The notes under the pieces: generated by a model
What the model saw: the letters and a program-made list of their open reading frames with translations, nothing else
Database searches by the model: none
Told to the model about the DNA's origin: nothing
Shown here: in pieces, positions 33,101 through 37,108 of the stretch
Layout: every line of letters starts with the position of its first letter
Position numbering within the stretch: the first letter of the stretch is position 1
Virus record (IMG/VR): IMGVR_UViG_3300027688_000009
Coordinates: 1-37,108 of that record
DNA from: a virus
Taxonomy: Duplodnaviria > Caudoviricetes
Direction: 5' to 3' (one strand)
DNA: 37,108 bases
Position numbers and translations under genes: made by a program

Positions 33101-33453
33101 CACAAGATGAAATGATTGAGTTGGCTAAACAAGCTGGTTTCAAAATGGAGAACTCAGCCGCAATTCAAGCCGCAGAAATTTTTGCCAAACTGATAGCCGC
33201 TAAAGTTTTAGCACAGCGCACATGGGTAGGGCTGGCTGATGAAGATTGGAAAGAAATTGAAGATATGCCCGACACCTTTGATCAAGGAGTTGCGTGGGCG
33301 CAAGCTAAACTCAAGCAAAAGAACGGCTACGCCAAGGAGCGCACATGGGTTGGGCTGACAGATGATGAGATAAGCGCGTTATCTAAAGGTCACATTGTCA
33401 GAAGCACTTATGCCAGAGCCATTGAAGCCAAATTAAAGGAGCGCAACACTTGA
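33097..33453 (+). CDS. Modular hypothetical protein with two WVGL(T/A)D repeats, 118 aa
   Basis: RTWVGLADED...AKLKQKN and RTWVGLTDDE...AKLKERN. Confidence 0.8.
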   Translation: MTQDEMIELAKQAGFKMENSAAIQAAEIFAKLIAAKVLAQRTWVGLADEDWKEIEDMPDTFDQGVAWAQAKLKQKNGYAKERTWVGLTDDEISALSKGHIVRSTYARAIEAKLKERNT

Positions 33454-33818
33454 TTTCAGCAAGGCTCCCGCGAGTCATTGACATCCTTCAGCGCACCGGC
33501 TGCACAGTGCCAGAGTTAGCGGCCAAGGTGTACTGCACCGAGAGGTCAGCGCAGCAGATGATTAAGCGGCTGCGGCTGGCTGGCACCGTACACATACAGG
33601 AATGGCGCAGATCAGGCCGCATCCTGGTCGCCGTGTACAGGTACGGTATCGGCACTGATGCAGTCAGACCGCCACCGCTGACACCCATGGAGCGCCTACG
33701 CCGCCACAGAGCGCGTGAGACATTGGACGATAAGGCTTTCCGCTTGGCGCGTGAAAGAGGTAAGAGATTAAAGCCACGCCGCGATCCGCTGGTGGCTGCA
33801 CTTTTTGGGGATAAGTGA
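33450..33818 (+). CDS. Winged-HTH-like basic protein, 122 aa
   Basis: TVPELAAKV...RSAQ..IK.L...G.VHI..W pattern; RDPLVAALFG C-terminus; TTG start overlapping the previous stop. Confidence 0.7.
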   Translation: MISARLPRVIDILQRTGCTVPELAAKVYCTERSAQQMIKRLRLAGTVHIQEWRRSGRILVAVYRYGIGTDAVRPPPLTPMERLRRHRARETLDDKAFRLARERGKRLKPRRDPLVAALFGDK

Positions 33819-33994
33819 TGAAGATAACTTTAGATGTTCAATTGATAGCTGACTACGGTATCAATATTGATGTGCAGCCAGATGACGGCATCACCAACTT
33901 ATCAGCGCCAGAGCAAGAGGCGATTATCAATGAAGCAATCCGCGCTCTTGAGCATTACATTATTATGATCACTGATCCCCAAGAAGACGCTTGA
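33818..33994 (+). CDS. Small acidic protein converging on the last late gene, 58 aa
   Basis: Below the track cutoff; TGATG coupling; MKITLDVQLIADYGINIDVQPDDGITNLSAPEQEAIINEAIRALEHYIIMITDPQEDA. Confidence 0.7.
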   Translation: MKITLDVQLIADYGINIDVQPDDGITNLSAPEQEAIINEAIRALEHYIIMITDPQEDA

Positions 33995-35516
33995 GTCTTG
34001 CTATCTCTTTGTCATCCATAAACATGGAGATACCTTTGCCGGAACTGGACAACACACCGCGAGTTAATTGGTTTGGGTCTGCGTATGTTCTACCAGCGGG
34101 AATGTCGCCAGGGAATTGATAATTGACAAACAAATCTTCTAGACTTGCTCTTTTTATATCTGAGCCAGGCTTGTTCATTTGCGTTGGCAAAATTTGGTTG
34201 TATAAGGGCTGCATAAATTCGCTGATTGGCGCGCCCCTAGTGTTGCCTAAGAACACGCCAGGAATGTCATATCCATATGCGCCATGAGTACCGCGTGAAA
34301 TTCCCAAATTTGGTAATGCCTCAAAGATTGAGTCACCCATCAAAAATGGTTGTTTGTACATTACATTGGGATCAAGCATTGCGTTTTGCAGATCGGGATA
34401 ATTAAATCCCAGACCCTTCTCTACACCCACATTGCTCATCTTGTCCACAAATACTTTACGCAATTCTCCTGCACTACCAACAGGCAAACCTTCTCCGGTC
34501 AGTAATTGCAAACGCGATGCTGGATCATTTAATCCAACAAAATCTTTGTATTTACCAGGCTTTTTCTTAATAGTCATTGCCCGCATCTGATCTGATATTT
34601 GATCCAGAAATTTGGGACTTGGGTTTGTCGCATCAATCAACGATAAAAGCCCAAGCGTTGGCCCAGTTGAGAAGTTCTCGCCACCTGGTGGCATTGTGTG
34701 TGGAGCCATAAACACGCGCCCAGTACCGCCCCTCTTTAGGTTTTCTTCTATGGCCTGCAAAGCTCGATTATTTTGCGACATAGCCTGCGCTTGACCGGAG
34801 GCATAGCCAATATTGCGTTTAATATTGTTTTCATCCATCATGTACATCAACCCGCCTGGCGTGACAAACGAATTGTTTCCAAGTGGTATGTCGCTGACAT
34901 TAGTGACTTCGACATTGCGACTTAGTTGATCAGTTGGGTATGTAAAAATGCTGCCGCCACGCATTTGTTCGTAATCAACTTTTTGTCTCGGAACAATGCC
35001 AGGCAATTGCCGAGTTTGATATCTTGTACCAACTATCGGATTTGGTTTTGTTTTCGTGACAGGTATGTACACATTACTTTGAGTACCCTGCGACAAATCA
35101 CCAAGCAGACCAGCGCCAAGTCCACCCTTTGCCATGGTGCGATTAACCATTGGCGTGATGGCGCGTTCAGCGGCCATGCCAGTGCGTTCAGCTTGCGAGG
35201 CATAGGCTGCTCTAGGGATTGATGCCAGCGCCGCCACCTCGGGCAATATTGGCGGCAGCTTGCTTGCATCCAGCAGACCGCCAAGGCTTTGCATCATCTG
35301 TGGCGCAACTTGGCCGCGAGGCTTATAGGTGTACTCCTGCATAAACCGGCTGGCCTCTTCCTCGGCAATACGGTTAGCCTCTCGCGTGCCTAGCTTGCCG
35401 CTGGTGGCTCCCTTGTACACGCCGTAAGGCATACCAAGCAAACCGGCCAGCGCACCGCTGCCAAGGGTTGCAGCAGTCTCTCCAGCGCCGGTTAGATAGT
35501 CTAGGTAGGTTGCCAT
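33969..35516 (-). CDS. Last late-operon protein: ejection-type N-terminus plus unrecognised globular C-terminal domain, 515 aa
   Basis: First ~145 aa are Gly/Ala/Leu-rich with several GLL motifs; the remainder is more AT-rich and globular-looking. Confidence 0.8.
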   Translation of the reverse strand: MATYLDYLTGAGETAATLGSGALAGLLGMPYGVYKGATSGKLGTREANRIAEEEASRFMQEYTYKPRGQVAPQMMQSLGGLLDASKLPPILPEVAALASIPRAAYASQAERTGMAAERAITPMVNRTMAKGGLGAGLLGDLSQGTQSNVYIPVTKTKPNPIVGTRYQTRQLPGIVPRQKVDYEQMRGGSIFTYPTDQLSRNVEVTNVSDIPLGNNSFVTPGGLMYMMDENNIKRNIGYASGQAQAMSQNNRALQAIEENLKRGGTGRVFMAPHTMPPGGENFSTGPTLGLLSLIDATNPSPKFLDQISDQMRAMTIKKKPGKYKDFVGLNDPASRLQLLTGEGLPVGSAGELRKVFVDKMSNVGVEKGLGFNYPDLQNAMLDPNVMYKQPFLMGDSIFEALPNLGISRGTHGAYGYDIPGVFLGNTRGAPISEFMQPLYNQILPTQMNKPGSDIKRASLEDLFVNYQFPGDIPAGRTYADPNQLTRGVLSSSGKGISMFMDDKEIARLKRLLGDQ

Positions 35517-35524
35517 GATTATTC

Positions 35525-36010
35525 CTAGTAGTAAGTACCGCTGAAAGGCATTCCTAACCGCTGTTCTCGTTGTTGAATGCTTCTTTCCAGTTCCTCAATC
35601 CTTCTTCGATAATCATTTGCTTTCCCCATATTTGGGTACTTGAACTCTTCTGGACGTGGCATCTCACGCCGTTGACCAAATGTATTTTCACTTGGCAGAT
35701 TTTGGAATTCTTGAGGAAGAGTAAAACGATTTATTCTTAGTTTGTCTGCTGTCGGCTCGGTTAAATCCCGATCAGAAAATGTCATTTTCCCACGCATGAT
35801 TTGCAGCAATGCAGCAGGCTCATTGTTGTTGTATGTCAACATCTCTGGATGATTTTTTTCCAACCAAGAAAACAATTGATATTTGTCCATCATGCCCATT
35901 GGTGTATTGGGTTGATTTGATCCAGCCAATAAACCACTTGATGGTTCATTTGGTGAAAGTAATCCTTGTCCAAAATATGGTGAATTGTTTACATTAGGGA
36001 AATCTGCCAT
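35525..36010 (-). CDS. AT-rich hypothetical protein with GLL motifs, 161 aa
   Basis: In operon register; flanked by 13-bp direct repeats. Confidence 0.75.
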   Translation of the reverse strand: MADFPNVNNSPYFGQGLLSPNEPSSGLLAGSNQPNTPMGMMDKYQLFSWLEKNHPEMLTYNNNEPAALLQIMRGKMTFSDRDLTEPTADKLRINRFTLPQEFQNLPSENTFGQRREMPRPEEFKYPNMGKANDYRRRIEELERSIQQREQRLGMPFSGTYY

Positions 36011-36012
36011 GA

Positions 36013-37108
36013 TTATTGTCCTTGCTGGAATGCGCCTGGTATTCTGCCTGCCGTGATGCCGGTCAAACTGTAAGGCACAGTCTTACCAGCAAAGCGTGAG
36101 AAGTCGTTCAATTTCTTTTGCAGCACTGCCATGGCGCTTTCATCAACCAATGCACGGCGTACAAGATTAGGGTCTTCAGATACAAGTATCTTCGCCACTT
36201 GATCACGCTGTGACTCTGTCATGTTCTTGTTCTGCTGTGCAGCAACTTTCTTGACGATATTGACAGCTGATGAAATCATTGTCACTGGATTAGCTGTCAT
36301 CACATTGGCGATTTCTTCAGCAGAGATATTCATTCCAGTGCGAGCCGCCTGCAACAATGTTGGTGCAGTTGTAGAGCCGCCAAGAATGTAATTCTTTGAA
36401 GCCTGAGACTGAGCCGCAGTATTAATGCGTTGCAATATGCCAGCCAACTCGTCACCAGGATAAATAGTTCGCAAGATCAAACCTTCTTTGGAGTTCTCGT
36501 TAGCAAGGTTTGCCATCATTGATGTGCGCGTTCCTGTTGTCATGCGATTACGAATGGCATCCATAGTTCCTGCGCGGAATGCCGACAAGGCACCAGGCTT
36601 TTGCGATAACTCATCAACAAGTATTGAAACCTCATCAGCGGTCTTACCAAACACCTTGCGGCCATCATCAAATGCATCTTTTGCAGAACGTCTTACAGCA
36701 GCCTGCAAACGCGCATCAGCGAGTTTTTTAGATGACGTGTCTATTGCATCACGCAATGCTTGTTCAACCTCTTTAAGAGCGCCTCCGACACCACCCCTAC
36801 CGCGATTAAATGCCTCATCTACTGATGTCTGAATGCCACGGCGAATGACTTCAGCATCCTCTAGGTTTGGCGTGCGGTTAAAACTGATATCACCATTTTT
36901 GTCAAATGAGAAGAATGGTTTCTTGCCTGTCTGTGCAACATAAATGTCGTTGATGTCTTTTACTGCTGACGGTGAACGCTTAAGAGCATCAGTGACACTT
37001 TGCAGTAAATCAGCATCAATTACACCGCCAGTACCAAATGCATCTTTGTAAGCCTCTGACTCAAGTTGCTTCAACTGCTTGTCATTGAGCTTGAATTGCT
37101 TTAAGACA
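36013..37108 (-). CDS. 3' half of the ~674-aa junction-spanning ejection-type protein
   Basis: The frame continues from 1..1059 through the terminal repeat; helical, with GGSTTA motif near the C-terminus. Confidence 0.85.
   Translation of the reverse strand, partial: VLKQFKLNDKQLKQLESEAYKDAFGTGGVIDADLLQSVTDALKRSPSAVKDINDIYVAQTGKKPFFSFDKNGDISFNRTPNLEDAEVIRRGIQTSVDEAFNRGRGGVGGALKEVEQALRDAIDTSSKKLADARLQAAVRRSAKDAFDDGRKVFGKTADEVSILVDELSQKPGALSAFRAGTMDAIRNRMTTGTRTSMMANLANENSKEGLILRTIYPGDELAGILQRINTAAQSQASKNYILGGSTTAPTLLQAARTGMNISAEEIANVMTANPVTMISSAVNIVKKVAAQQNKNMTESQRDQVAKILVSEDPNLVRRALVDESAMAVLQKKLNDFSRFAGKTVPYSLTGITAGRIPGAFQQGQ
36979..37108. repeat. Terminal direct repeat, right copy
   Basis: Matches 1-130 with one mismatch. 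Confidence 0.97.

Larger units (their letters stand above)
1..37108. mobile_element. Complete or near-complete tailed phage genome (podovirus-like, P22-type head/tail module)
   Basis: TerS, TerL, portal, scaffold, capsid, tail, lysis and replication genes are all present, the window ends overlap, and there are no host housekeeping genes. Confidence 0.95.

Noticed and set aside
1-37108. Stop-codon reassignment, tRNA genes, integrase
   Set aside because: Genes tile densely under the standard code with normal stop/start overlaps. No cloverleaf was seen in the few intergenic gaps and no recombinase motifs were recognised (by eye only).

Overview
The window looks like the complete genome of a small tailed phage: 36,978 bp unique, with bases 1-130 repeated at 36979-37108 and one gene spanning the junction. 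It has a P22/podovirus-like virion module. The host is Gram-negative (spanins), probably beta- or gammaproteobacterial (CTGT-N8-ACAG box). Almost all genes are on the minus strand. In order from 31641 downward they are: HTH regulator, RuvC-like resolvase, PD-(D/E)xK nuclease, SSB-like protein, C5 DNA methyltransferase with a nested alternative-frame gene, primase-helicase, TerS, TerL, small basic proteins, glycosyl- and methyltransferases, portal, scaffold, major capsid, adaptor, serial fibre modules, a 7-gene lysis cassette, gp10-like tail protein and ejection-type proteins. A short plus-strand early cluster lies at 31859-33994. I recognise no integrase, DNA polymerase, partition genes, tRNA or CRISPR array. 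The most unusual feature is about 370 bp at the terS/terL boundary packed with look-alike sites for host chromosome-cycle proteins: four perfect DnaA boxes, an IHF-like site, a dif-like 28-mer and tandem KOPS-like octamers. A LexA-type box also sits in an iteron-like array 1.3 kb away. A second candidate system is a set of GLL-motif ejection/cargo proteins ending in a variable-C-terminus protein that faces a small acidic convergent gene. All family assignments come from motif recognition by eye; no database searches were run.
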